Source: a virus
Lineage: Duplodnaviria > Caudoviricetes
Virus record (IMG/VR): IMGVR_UViG_3300032007_000073
Location: 1 to 64,000 of that record
DNA: 64,000 nt
Reading direction: 5' to 3' (one strand)
The position numbers were made by a program, and so were the translations under genes. The notes below the pieces were generated by a model. It was not told the origin of the DNA, searched no databases, and saw nothing but the letters and a program-made list of their open reading frames with translations. Positions 47,306-55,780 of the stretch are shown here, one piece after another (the first letter of the stretch is position 1; each line of letters begins with the position of its first letter).

Positions 47306-47392
47306 ATTAAACCTCCTTTATTAGTATTTAATCAAACTCCCTGATTATCTCAGGGAGCTAAACAAAATACTAAAAATGTTTCATATTACCTC

Positions 47393-47680
47393 CTAACAAA
47401 CTGTTATAATCCCATCGTTATCCCATTCTACTATACATTTCCATAATTCAACTTTATAGCCATACTCTTCCAATACTTTTATCGCATCTTCGGCCGTATT
47501 TACCACTTTATTGCTTTTTTCTTGTTTCAAAACCTGATTTGCAAACTTTGGAAGAGCTTTATCCGTAATATAGCTCTCCAAATCTTCAAAAGTCATTTTT
47601 ACCTTGTAAATATGGACTGCAAACTCACATTTTTTTTCTAATCCGTGTGTTATTTCTTTTGCTATTTCATTGATTCCCAT
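47393..47680 (-). CDS. Hypothetical early protein
   Basis: ORF track; AAGGAGG upstream. Confidence 0.55.
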   Translation of the reverse strand: MGINEIAKEITHGLEKKCEFAVHIYKVKMTFEDLESYITDKALPKFANQVLKQEKSNKVVNTAEDAIKVLEEYGYKVELWKCIVEWDNDGIITVC

Positions 47681-47891
47681 AATATCCTCCTTAGTATTTA
47701 TTTAAAATCCCACTCAGAACCTTAAACAAATCCTAATCGCCACTCTACAAGACCTGAAGCCCAAAATAGCCGAAGGACTTATTCAAATCCCCCGGCTACC
47801 ATAGCAAGAAAATGATAAAAAACTTGCTATACCGTTTTTATACTACCATTTTTGTCTATTATTCTTTCTATCTCATCCATTTTCTACCCCC

Positions 47892-48005
47892 TTAGTATAT
47901 AAATATAAGTGCATATAATAATATACAAGCACAAACAAATATCAAAACAAACAAACCAAACATCATTATCCATAATACACAATAATATATCTTATCCAAA
48001 TTCAT
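47892..48005 (-). CDS. 37-aa single-TM peptide
   Basis: Manual translation MNLDKIYYCVLWIMMFGLFVLIFVCACILLYALIFIY; AAGGGGG upstream. Confidence 0.5.
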   Translation of the reverse strand: MNLDKIYYCVLWIMMFGLFVLIFVCACILLYALIFIY

Positions 48006-48164
48006 ATCTACCCCCTTTTAAGTAAATCTTTTAAATTTTTAGCATAATAAACAGCTATAAAATACCGTACAAACAACAAAAACAAGCTAAATTTTTAATT
48101 TTTTAGCTTGTCTTTAATATATATACCTATTTTATAAAAAGTCTTTTAAAAGTCAATTATAAAG

Positions 48165-48437
48165 CTATAAATTGATTTTATTGTTTTGTATATTTTCATA
48201 TTTTTGTATTAATTCATACAAGTATTTTTCTAAATAATACTTATACCAATTTATTTTTGAATGTAATTCAACTAAATTATAAACTTTATCAATTTTGTTA
48301 AAATAAATTGTATTATTTTTATTTTGTAAATTAATTATTTTTTTTGCTTTTTTTTGTTGTTTAATTCTGTTTATTATTGATTTTTCAATAATTAATTCTT
48401 TTTTTAATTTGATAAAATCATTTATATTATTTATCAT
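48165..48437 (-). CDS. Very AT-rich N/K/I-rich hypothetical protein
   Basis: ORF track; 5' context resembles that of 48505..48900. Confidence 0.4.
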   Translation of the reverse strand: MINNINDFIKLKKELIIEKSIINRIKQQKKAKKIINLQNKNNTIYFNKIDKVYNLVELHSKINWYKYYLEKYLYELIQKYENIQNNKINL

Positions 48438-48504
48438 TTTTTTACACTCTCTTTTTTTATTTTTTTAATAACTCTTTAAAAATTGCCTTTGCTATTTGTT
48501 TTTT

Positions 48505-48900
48505 TTATTTATTTTCTAATTCAATTTTTATTGCTAAATTCAACAATTTTTCATATTGTAAAAAGTTGTTTGTGTTTATTGTTATAATTTTGAAATTGTC
48601 GTTTTTATCTTTTTTGCAAAATAATTGTTGTAATTTTTCAAAATCTGTTTTGTTTTCAAAATTATTTTTATTTAACAAGTAAAAATATTTATTAGCTTTT
48701 CTTTTTTCTACAAAATTAATATTGTTTAATTGTTCCATAACATTCATTAATTTTGTATAATTTTCATTTTTTTTGTCGGTATTTTCATAACATATAACAA
48801 CTCTAATTAAAAAATTAGCTTCATTTATTTTACTTGTATTTGTTTGTATTTCCTTTGCTATTGTTTCAAAATCTGTTAAAATTTCATTAATTTTTATCAT
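48505..48900 (-). CDS. Very AT-rich N/K/I-rich hypothetical protein
   Basis: Start refined to ATG 48900 after GAGG; TTGATA-17-TATACT upstream near 49092-49120. Confidence 0.45.
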   Translation of the reverse strand: MIKINEILTDFETIAKEIQTNTSKINEANFLIRVVICYENTDKKNENYTKLMNVMEQLNNINFVEKRKANKYFYLLNKNNFENKTDFEKLQQLFCKKDKNDNFKIITINTNNFLQYEKLLNLAIKIELENK

Positions 48901-49219
48901 TTTTTTGTACCTCTTTTTTAAAGATTTTAGCAAAGGCAATTATTAAAAAGTTATTATTTTTATAGTACATTCATAATCAAAAACAATTGTTGACTTTAAG
49001 TAAAGTTGCTTTGTTTTTAGAATGTTTTTTATGTCAAATAGCTTTTGCTTTAAAGGTCGGTTCTTTAAAGACTGTTTATTTTTTCTATTATTAGTATAAT
49101 ATATATTTAATTATATATCAAGTATTTTAATTAGATTTTACATTTTTTTTGCAATTTGTATTATATATAGTATTATATTATATTTGTATTATAAATATTC
49201 AATTTTATATACAAAATAC

Positions 49220-49248
49220 TTGACTTTTTAGTTAAAATTTGCTATAAA
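49220..49248 (+). promoter_or_regulatory. Rightward sigma70-type promoter with no sense ORF downstream
   Basis: TTGACT, 17-nt spacer ending TGC, TATAAA. Confidence 0.55.
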
Positions 49249-49454
49249 AAAAGCATTCTTTTTTTTGGCAAGGAGGTAAGCACTTCCACCAATTTTCTCA
49301 CAAAAAACCGATATTTTGCTTGGCTACCAATGTTATAATTTGATTTATAGGTATTTATAGGCGATATTTTGAGATATTTTGGGTTTTATGAATAAAAGGT
49401 CAACTTTGCTATAAAAAAGAGTAAATAGGTGGTATAGGGATAAAAAATTTTGAG

Positions 49455-49614
49455 AAAAAAAAATAATATATGTCTGAATACTCAGCATATTTTAAGATTG
49501 GTTAGAGATGACATATCTTCCGTTCGGCTTAGCATATAGCCAGTACTTGCAACATTAGATACATTACTACGGTAGGAGTTATCGGCTTACCATAAAGGCA
49601 GTCTGCAAGTTCCT
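49455..49614 (-). ncRNA. Candidate small RNA of about 155 nt
   Basis: Consensus promoter upstream; closing stem ACUUGCA/UGCAAGU; terminator hairpin 49468-49490 plus U tract; no ORF with an SD. Confidence 0.55.
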
Positions 49615-49620
49615 GAGATA

Positions 49621-49649
49621 ATTGTAATATATTTGGAATCGGATGTCAA
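49621..49649 (-). promoter_or_regulatory. Sigma70 promoter for the sRNA candidate
   Basis: TTGACA, 17-nt spacer, TACAAT on the minus strand. Confidence 0.75.
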
Positions 49650-49651
49650 GA

Positions 49652-50038
49652 TTAAAGAGTACCGTTTTCGATAGCTTCAAAGACAATAGGAAGCACCTTA
49701 TCTTTAGTTCTTAGGTTTAAAGGGAACGTTTTTTTAAATCCTTTAGGTCTTTTAACGAGATAAACGGAAGCACGTCCGTCAAGAGTCCTTCTGTCAGGAA
49801 GTATAGACAGGATAAAGTTCACAAGGTCGTCTTGCTCTTTTTTGTACCCTCTGACACAACAAACACAATAATCGTCCTTGTTGAACTTTGGTTGAGGCTT
49901 TTTGAGGTACTCTTCCAAGATAGGCTTAAGATGTTCCGGTAATTTGTAAGTAGTTCTTGCGGCATAATACTCTCTTGGTCTGCGTTTGAAAGTATTTTTT
50001 GGCATATAGTAAGGGTCTTTGTACGGAGATACAGGCAT
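49652..50038 (-). CDS. Hypothetical basic protein
   Basis: ORF track; coupled to the TerL stop. Confidence 0.6.
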   Translation of the reverse strand: MPVSPYKDPYYMPKNTFKRRPREYYAARTTYKLPEHLKPILEEYLKKPQPKFNKDDYCVCCVRGYKKEQDDLVNFILSILPDRRTLDGRASVYLVKRPKGFKKTFPLNLRTKDKVLPIVFEAIENGTL

Positions 50039-51492
50039 TATATAACCTCCAATAAACTTGGGATATGTTTGTAAATGAGTTTTGCACCATCTACGATACA
50101 GTCAACCATATCATCGTGCCTACCATCAGGGAACTCGATACATTCAGAGATACAATCTTGAATTATTGATTGGTTCATATCGCAATTAAATGTTACTTTA
50201 TAATTATACACATCGGGAAGAACCACGTTTGCTCTTATTACTTTATCTCTCTTACGGTCTTTATAGAACTCTTTTAATACTCCTTCCGATTGAGTGATTA
50301 TCCCTTCCTGTGCAAAAAATTGGTTTAAAAAGATTCCGTGTCCTTTCGGTTCAATATAACATCCGATAAAATCTTCTCTGATAGACCACAACTTCATAAA
50401 AGGTAAGAAATATTCCACTATCTTGTCCGAATTTACTTTCGCCCTCTTTATGTCTAACACATAGAACCGCCCGTTAGCCTTTCCTACCGCCATAAAGACT
50501 GTCCAATCGTTTCTTTCTGAACCTCTGTATGCAGTATCTGCTATTACGGCAGTAAAATCAAAATATTCAGGTAATGCATCTATTTGGAACATATCTTTCG
50601 TAAACAACGAGCCTCCTGTTGCTCTTGGCTCTTGCTGGTACTGCGAATAATATAACTCAGGTGTCCTTATTTTAAGTTCTTCTAACTTTTTTATCGGAAA
50701 CTTCTCTTCCCAAAACGATACCTTCTTCTCTTCATCATATGCTCTTACCGTAACCACATCCCAATCATTTGTCTCGGCATCCATTACATATTGAGCTAAA
50801 TCGTTTGTTGATAATCTCTGCATTATAAGAATTATCGGAGTATGACTCGTTCTTAATCTTGTCTTGAGCTTGTCCGTATAATTCCTGATACATTCGTTTA
50901 ACATTACTTCAGAAGTCGCATTTGATACGTCCAATGGGTCATCGATAATTAAATCTCCATTGTATCCTGGTATTGACGGATTACCTGCATCAATACCTGT
51001 CAATGCACTTCCTATCGGAGCAGCCGTCATTCCACTTCTTGTTCCTGCATCCTTGAAATTGTATTGTGTACTTGATTTTTGGTCTAACTCGTGTCCAAAC
51101 AAGTCTTGCCAAAATATCGATTCGATTATCTCTAACGTTTCTCTTGATAACTTCGTTATGAGCAAATCGGAATGTGATACATATAAATGCTTAACACTCG
51201 GATTTCTTGCAAATGTCCAAGTAATGAATAACTCCACTATTAACGATTTTCCCGCTCCTACAGGTATGTTTATAAGTAAGTTCGGTTTATCGTTCTTTTG
51301 GTCTGCTATATCCTGTAACTTTTGGATAATCTTATCGTGAAAAGGCTTGAATGTGAACTCAGTCCTGTTTATCAGGAAGAACATCAGGGTTATGTACTCC
51401 CTCAGACTCCCCAGACACGTCAACCTCAACAACTCTTTCGTCTCCGGGTCTTTCATCGCCTCTTCCAATTGGGATATTTTGTCTAAGTCCAT
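50038..51492 (-). CDS. terL: Terminase large subunit (second)
   Basis: LLINIPVGAGKS Walker A; LIIDDP Walker B; IILIMQRL; YQQEP; IADTAY; HDDMVD. Confidence 0.92.
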   Translation of the reverse strand: MDLDKISQLEEAMKDPETKELLRLTCLGSLREYITLMFFLINRTEFTFKPFHDKIIQKLQDIADQKNDKPNLLINIPVGAGKSLIVELFITWTFARNPSVKHLYVSHSDLLITKLSRETLEIIESIFWQDLFGHELDQKSSTQYNFKDAGTRSGMTAAPIGSALTGIDAGNPSIPGYNGDLIIDDPLDVSNATSEVMLNECIRNYTDKLKTRLRTSHTPIILIMQRLSTNDLAQYVMDAETNDWDVVTVRAYDEEKKVSFWEEKFPIKKLEELKIRTPELYYSQYQQEPRATGGSLFTKDMFQIDALPEYFDFTAVIADTAYRGSERNDWTVFMAVGKANGRFYVLDIKRAKVNSDKIVEYFLPFMKLWSIREDFIGCYIEPKGHGIFLNQFFAQEGIITQSEGVLKEFYKDRKRDKVIRANVVLPDVYNYKVTFNCDMNQSIIQDCISECIEFPDGRHDDMVDCIVDGAKLIYKHIPSLLEVI

Positions 51493-52087
51493 CTGTTATA
51501 CTTGCTCTCCTTAATCCATCCAAGATTTCTTTTACTTTGTTTACTTTATCTTTATCTATATTTACATCTATAATCTTCTGTTGTATTCCTGTACTTATAA
51601 TCTCGTTGGCAGGTTTCTCTCCTACCGTATCTCTTATTATCTCAAGTCCTCTTAACTGATTCGCAGTTATGTCTCCTGATAATACCCCGTTAACTATCAT
51701 CTCTGCCAATAACATACGTTTGGACTTAACTTTCTCTTGTCCGTCTTTTACATCTACTATTCCGGGTGTATCTAAAATTTCATTAAAACAATCTTTAAAT
51801 ATTTCTTTTACCATTTTCTTGGTTACCAAAGGCAACTTCTGTGCCCTGTATATCCCTTTTCTTAAATCATCATCCTCTTTTATATAATCCCAAATTAATT
51901 GGTCTATTTCAAAAATCTTAAATCCTACTTGCCCGTCTTTAAGCTCTTTTATCTTCTGATATTTCGGTTTATACTTGGCTTTTATTTTCTCTGCAAACTC
52001 TCTTACATCCTCTTTTATTGCCTCGTATAACACTTTTTCCGACATATAATCTTTGGTAACTTCGCCCTTACCTCTAAATACTGTCAT
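51359..52087 (-). CDS. terS: Terminase small subunit (second), putative
   Basis: Upstream of and overlapping TerL; EIIRDTVGEKP motif. Confidence 0.6.
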   Translation of the reverse strand: MTVFRGKGEVTKDYMSEKVLYEAIKEDVREFAEKIKAKYKPKYQKIKELKDGQVGFKIFEIDQLIWDYIKEDDDLRKGIYRAQKLPLVTKKMVKEIFKDCFNEILDTPGIVDVKDGQEKVKSKRMLLAEMIVNGVLSGDITANQLRGLEIIRDTVGEKPANEIISTGIQQKIIDVNIDKDKVNKVKEILDGLRRASITDGLRQNIPIGRGDERPGDERVVEVDVSGESEGVHNPDVLPDKQD

Positions 52088-52428
52088 AATAAGTATAAGT
52101 GCCTATCAAACATTTCTAAAATATCTATAACTACATTTGCTTCCGTGTCTTTTACCGACAATGCAAGTAACGTAAACTCTCTCTTTGCCATAGACAAATA
52201 CTCTTTTATCTCGGTATCAGGAAGTTCTACTCCCTTGAACTTCGCATAATCTACCTGCGTAATCCCTCTTGACCCCATATATACCTCAACAAATCTGTCT
52301 AACAACGGGTCTATATCTCCCATCAATCTCTCAAAAAGAATATGGTTCGCATACTCTTTCGCCGTGTTCCAATGCAAAAACTGAAGTTTATCTTTATATG
52401 TCTTTAATATGGCTATGTATTTCTCCAT
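52084..52428 (-). CDS. Ferritin/Dps-like (DUF5856-type) protein
   Basis: LQFLHWNT...H...E.L...ID..LD.FVEVY.G...HLYLL. Confidence 0.7.
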   Translation of the reverse strand: MEKYIAILKTYKDKLQFLHWNTAKEYANHILFERLMGDIDPLLDRFVEVYMGSRGITQVDYAKFKGVELPDTEIKEYLSMAKREFTLLALSVKDTEANVVIDILEMFDRHLYLL

Positions 52429-52610
52429 TTTTCCCCCTCGTGCTTCTTTATAAATGTATCTATATTGTTAATCGTTAAACAGACGGCTTTGGCTTTCCTT
52501 AACCCCATTGTCAATAACGGATATCTCTTGTTATCGCCTGTCGCCTCATCGTCATATAACGAAATTATTGGTCTGCCTTTAAATGTGCTTTCTTCTATCC
52601 TGATTTTCAT
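52413..52610 (-). CDS. Small hypothetical protein
   Basis: ORF track; GGAGGGG upstream; first gene of the packaging operon. Confidence 0.55.
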   Translation of the reverse strand: MKIRIEESTFKGRPIISLYDDEATGDNKRYPLLTMGLRKAKAVCLTINNIDTFIKKHEGEKWRNT

Positions 52611-52627
52611 TTCCCCTCCGTAGTATA

Positions 52628-52698
52628 TATATAATACATTAAGAAAAAAATGTCAAGCAAAAAAAAGACTTGACAAAATAAAAAATATAATGTATTAT
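52628..52698. promoter_or_regulatory. Back-to-back divergent sigma70 promoters
   Basis: Plus: TTGACA 52670-75, 17 nt, TATTAT 52693-98. Minus: TTGACA 52656-51, 17 nt, TATATA 52633-28. Confidence 0.65.
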
Positions 52699-52771
52699 TC
52701 ATAATGTAGTTGAGATAATAAGTTTATCCGAAAAACTTTTTATCTCGTTGAAAATTAAAACATAGACAATT

Positions 52772-52866
52772 AAAGACATTTTGTAGTGTTCCTGTCTGTT
52801 ATTATATTTTGTCTATGGATATAAGAAACAGGTCGGAACAGGAATACTACAAAGTGTCTTTTTTTT
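52772..52866 (+). terminator. 24-bp hairpin followed by U tract (terminator/attenuator)
   Basis: 52772-95 pairs with 52838-61; both non-Watson-Crick positions are G-U on the plus-strand RNA. Confidence 0.7.
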
Positions 52867-53186
52867 GTTTAACCGTTTTTAGAGTCTTTTTTTTTAAAAA
52901 AAACCAAAAGCCGAATGATAGCAACAAGAATCTGCAAAAGTTTTATGTTTTGTAATTGCGATTACTTCTGACAACAGTGATAAGTATGAAAAATACGGAA
53001 GCAAATCCTACAAAATATGAAATTTCCTGTCATAATCAGAAAAGGTATCTGTTTTGTAAACCTTTTAAAGAGTTGCGTAGAAATACGGATAAGAAAGACA
53101 TAAACAGATAAAAGATTTGATATCTTCTAAATGTTCGGGTTGTTTTAAAAGACAACTCTTATCCCCCCCCCTATTAAAAAAAGTAC

Positions 53187-53215
53187 TTGACATTTTTTAA
53201 AATATTTGCTATTAG
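53187..53215 (+). promoter_or_regulatory. Promoter upstream of the myovirus portal gene
   Basis: TTGACA, 17-nt spacer ending TGC, TATTAG. Confidence 0.55.
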
Positions 53216-53244
53216 TTGGATATAAAAAGATAGAGATAGGGGAG

Positions 53245-54828
53245 ATGACAAAGAAAAATAAAACCAAATCAATGTTTTCGGACGGATACCAAGAAGGATT
53301 TGAAGCCGCATTAAAAGAAAATTCCTTATCGTCTTTTGTCGGCTCTATTTCAGGATTTAACGGTGGTTGGGAAGGTGCCGCTTTAATCGCAAGAGGAGTT
53401 CAAGCCTCACAAGTAGATACACTCGCAAAAAATAATCGTAATTATTTTATATCAAATTTCAGATACTTACTTTCTGAATCTTATGTTGAACACGGTCTCA
53501 TACAAACAATGGTAGATTTGCCGGTAGATGATGCATTTAGGTCGGAAATTGAGTTCAAAACCACAGAATTAACCAAAGACGAACAACTTAAAATCAAAGA
53601 ATTTATGGAAGATAAGGACTTTGTTGAAAAGTTCAAATATTCTATTAAATGGGCAAGACTTTTTGGTGGTGGTGCTTTGATTATAATGACAGGCGAAGAT
53701 GATTTGTCTGTTCCTATGGATATGACAAAATTAAAAGGTATGCCTGTAGAGTTTGTTCCTGTAGATTTGTGGGAACTTTATTATGGAGATTATGATGTAA
53801 ACGACCAACAACTCGATTATTTTAGAGATGTTGAGTTGAGAAAACTTCTTTATAGACCTGAAGTTTATAATTATTACGGAGAAAGGATACATAAATCAAG
53901 AATTTTCAGAGTTGAAGGAAAAGAAGCTCCTTCTTTTGTAAGACCTCGTCTTAGAGGTTGGGGATTTTCTGTTCTTGAAACTCTTGTAAGAGGCTTTAAT
54001 CAGTATTTAAAAGGTGTAGATTCTACTTTCGAAATGCTTGACGAAGTTAAAGTAGATGTGTATTCGATAAACAATTTTGCAACTGCATTAATGAGTAAGA
54101 ACGGAGAAGCCAATGTTAGAAGAAGAATTATGTTGGCAAACCAATTAAAATCTTACTTAAATGCTCTTGTTTTAGATAAAAACGATGATTATCAATCAAA
54201 AAGTCATAGTTCTTCTTTCTCAGGATTAGCAGAAGTAATGAAAGAAATTCGTTATCAGATAGCTTCTGACCTTCGTATGCCTTTATCAAAATTGTTTGGT
54301 ATAGGTAGCTCAGGATTTAGTTCAGGAGAAGATGATATTAAGAACTATAATACAATGGTTGAAACAGAGATAAGAAGTAAAGTTAAAAATAATTTAAAGA
54401 ACTTATACAAATTGTTCTGTTTGTTTGTTTTAGGTAAAGAGATACATAATGTTGATGTAGTTTTTGGTTCATTGGATTATGAAACTCCGAAAGATTTGAG
54501 TATTCGTAAAAACTCTGAGTTCCAAAGAGCTATAATAGCTTATAACAAAGGTTTTGTTAATGTTTCTCAAGTAAAAGAAATGTTTAATAAAAACAATATG
54601 TTGCCTATTACAATAGACGTTAATGATAATCTTTACAATACTTTACCTTTGGAAATGGCAAAAAAACAAGGACAAGAAGATGACGAGACAGATATAAGTA
54701 CTAAAGACTTAAAAACTCGTACATTTACAAGCGAATCTGAAAGAGCAAAAAGAAAACAAGAACTTTTAGCAGAGTTGGAAGAGATAGAAAAAGAAGAATT
54801 AAAGGATAAACAAAATGTTCAAAATTAA
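53245..54828 (+). CDS. Portal protein (DUF1073 family)
   Basis: VDLPVDDAFR; WARLFGGG; IHKSRI; WG.SVL; IAS..RMPLSKLFG.S.SG.SSGEDD..NY; start refined to 53245. Confidence 0.88.
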   Translation: MTKKNKTKSMFSDGYQEGFEAALKENSLSSFVGSISGFNGGWEGAALIARGVQASQVDTLAKNNRNYFISNFRYLLSESYVEHGLIQTMVDLPVDDAFRSEIEFKTTELTKDEQLKIKEFMEDKDFVEKFKYSIKWARLFGGGALIIMTGEDDLSVPMDMTKLKGMPVEFVPVDLWELYYGDYDVNDQQLDYFRDVELRKLLYRPEVYNYYGERIHKSRIFRVEGKEAPSFVRPRLRGWGFSVLETLVRGFNQYLKGVDSTFEMLDEVKVDVYSINNFATALMSKNGEANVRRRIMLANQLKSYLNALVLDKNDDYQSKSHSSSFSGLAEVMKEIRYQIASDLRMPLSKLFGIGSSGFSSGEDDIKNYNTMVETEIRSKVKNNLKNLYKLFCLFVLGKEIHNVDVVFGSLDYETPKDLSIRKNSEFQRAIIAYNKGFVNVSQVKEMFNKNNMLPITIDVNDNLYNTLPLEMAKKQGQEDDETDISTKDLKTRTFTSESERAKRKQELLAELEEIEKEELKDKQNVQN

Positions 54829-55768
54829 AACGGCAGAAGTTTTCTATGCAAGACACATAACTCACGGAATATCGAGATATAAAGCAGGTAATGTTTTGAT
54901 AACTAAACCCGTTTTAGATAAAATGAATGATTCGTTTAGTGGAAAACCTGTTGTTATAACTCATAAAGATTGGGAAAAACAAGAACCTGTTGGATATGTT
55001 GTAAAATCGTTCTATTTGCCGCAAGATGGCTATTTTTGGGTAGAATTTATTGTAAGCAATAAACAAGCCTTAGAGTTCATAAAGAACCAAAATTTTAGGG
55101 TTTCCAACGGTTATTTGACAACTGCTTCAGGAGTTGGTGGAAAGTTTCACGATATTGAGTATGTTGAAGAAGTTTTGGATGGAGAGTATGTACATTTGGC
55201 ATTGACAAAAGAACCAAAATTCGATGAAGCGATAATAATGAATACAGAAGATTTTAAGAAATTCAAAAAAGATTTAGAGAAAATAGATAATAAATTTAAC
55301 GAGAAGGAGGATAAGATGGGATTTAATTTGTTTAAGAAACAAAAAGTAGAAAATTCAGAAGAAATTTTAAATACATCTTTTGAATTAGGTGGAAAATCAT
55401 ATACCGTAAAGGATATGATAGGAATGTTATCCGAAAAACTTAACGAAGGCGAAAAAAAGTATGCAACTTGTAATGGAGAGTTTACGGCAGAAGAGTTGGT
55501 TGGAAAATACAACGATGCTTGTGCAACGATAAAGAAAAATGAAGAAGAAAAGAAAGCAGAGGAAGAAAAGAAAAAAGAAGCAGAGAAAAAAGCAGAAGAA
55601 GAAAAGAAACAAGCCGAAGAAGAAGCTAAAAAGAAAGAAGAAGAAGAAAAGAAAAAACAAAATGAAAAACTTAACTCAAGAATGAATGTAAACGAACCGA
55701 AAGGCGAAGTGAAACACATAGTTTTTCAAGCAACAAAAGATGGAAGAATACAAATAATTGAAGAATAA
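54815..55768 (+). CDS. DUF2213 capsid maturation protease/scaffold
   Basis: GKPVVITH; VSNGY; HLALTKEP; E/K-rich C-terminal scaffold region. Confidence 0.78.
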   Translation: MFKIKTAEVFYARHITHGISRYKAGNVLITKPVLDKMNDSFSGKPVVITHKDWEKQEPVGYVVKSFYLPQDGYFWVEFIVSNKQALEFIKNQNFRVSNGYLTTASGVGGKFHDIEYVEEVLDGEYVHLALTKEPKFDEAIIMNTEDFKKFKKDLEKIDNKFNEKEDKMGFNLFKKQKVENSEEILNTSFELGGKSYTVKDMIGMLSEKLNEGEKKYATCNGEFTAEELVGKYNDACATIKKNEEEKKAEEEKKKEAEKKAEEEKKQAEEEAKKKEEEEKKKQNEKLNSRMNVNEPKGEVKHIVFQATKDGRIQIIEE

Positions 55769-55780
55769 GGAGATTAAAAA

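Larger units (their letters stand above)
43051..47357 (-). repeat. Dispersed intergenic hairpin-cassette family (6 copies)
   Basis: Hairpins at 43051-71, 45521-40, 45891-910, 46403-24, 47089-111 and 47337-57, with shared flanking motifs. Confidence 0.8.

Noticed and set aside
2348-51492. Inteins or introns in either terminase
   Set aside because: Both TerL proteins are normal length (444 and 484 aa) with contiguous motifs
49400-52700. Terminase operon as a site-specifically invertible segment
   Set aside because: No flanking inverted repeats beyond promoter -35 boxes, and no invertase gene
52986-53111. 41-codon plus-strand ORF and nearby poly-C tract before the portal
   Set aside because: No SD and no recognisable motif; treated as non-coding
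53245-54828. Anti-CBASS (Acb1) call for the DUF1073 protein
   Set aside because: Size, motifs and position identify it as the portal; no HxT phosphoesterase motif pair was recognised
55545-55665. GAAGAAAAG-type nucleotide repeats
   Set aside because: Explained by the E/K-rich scaffold region of the DUF2213 protein
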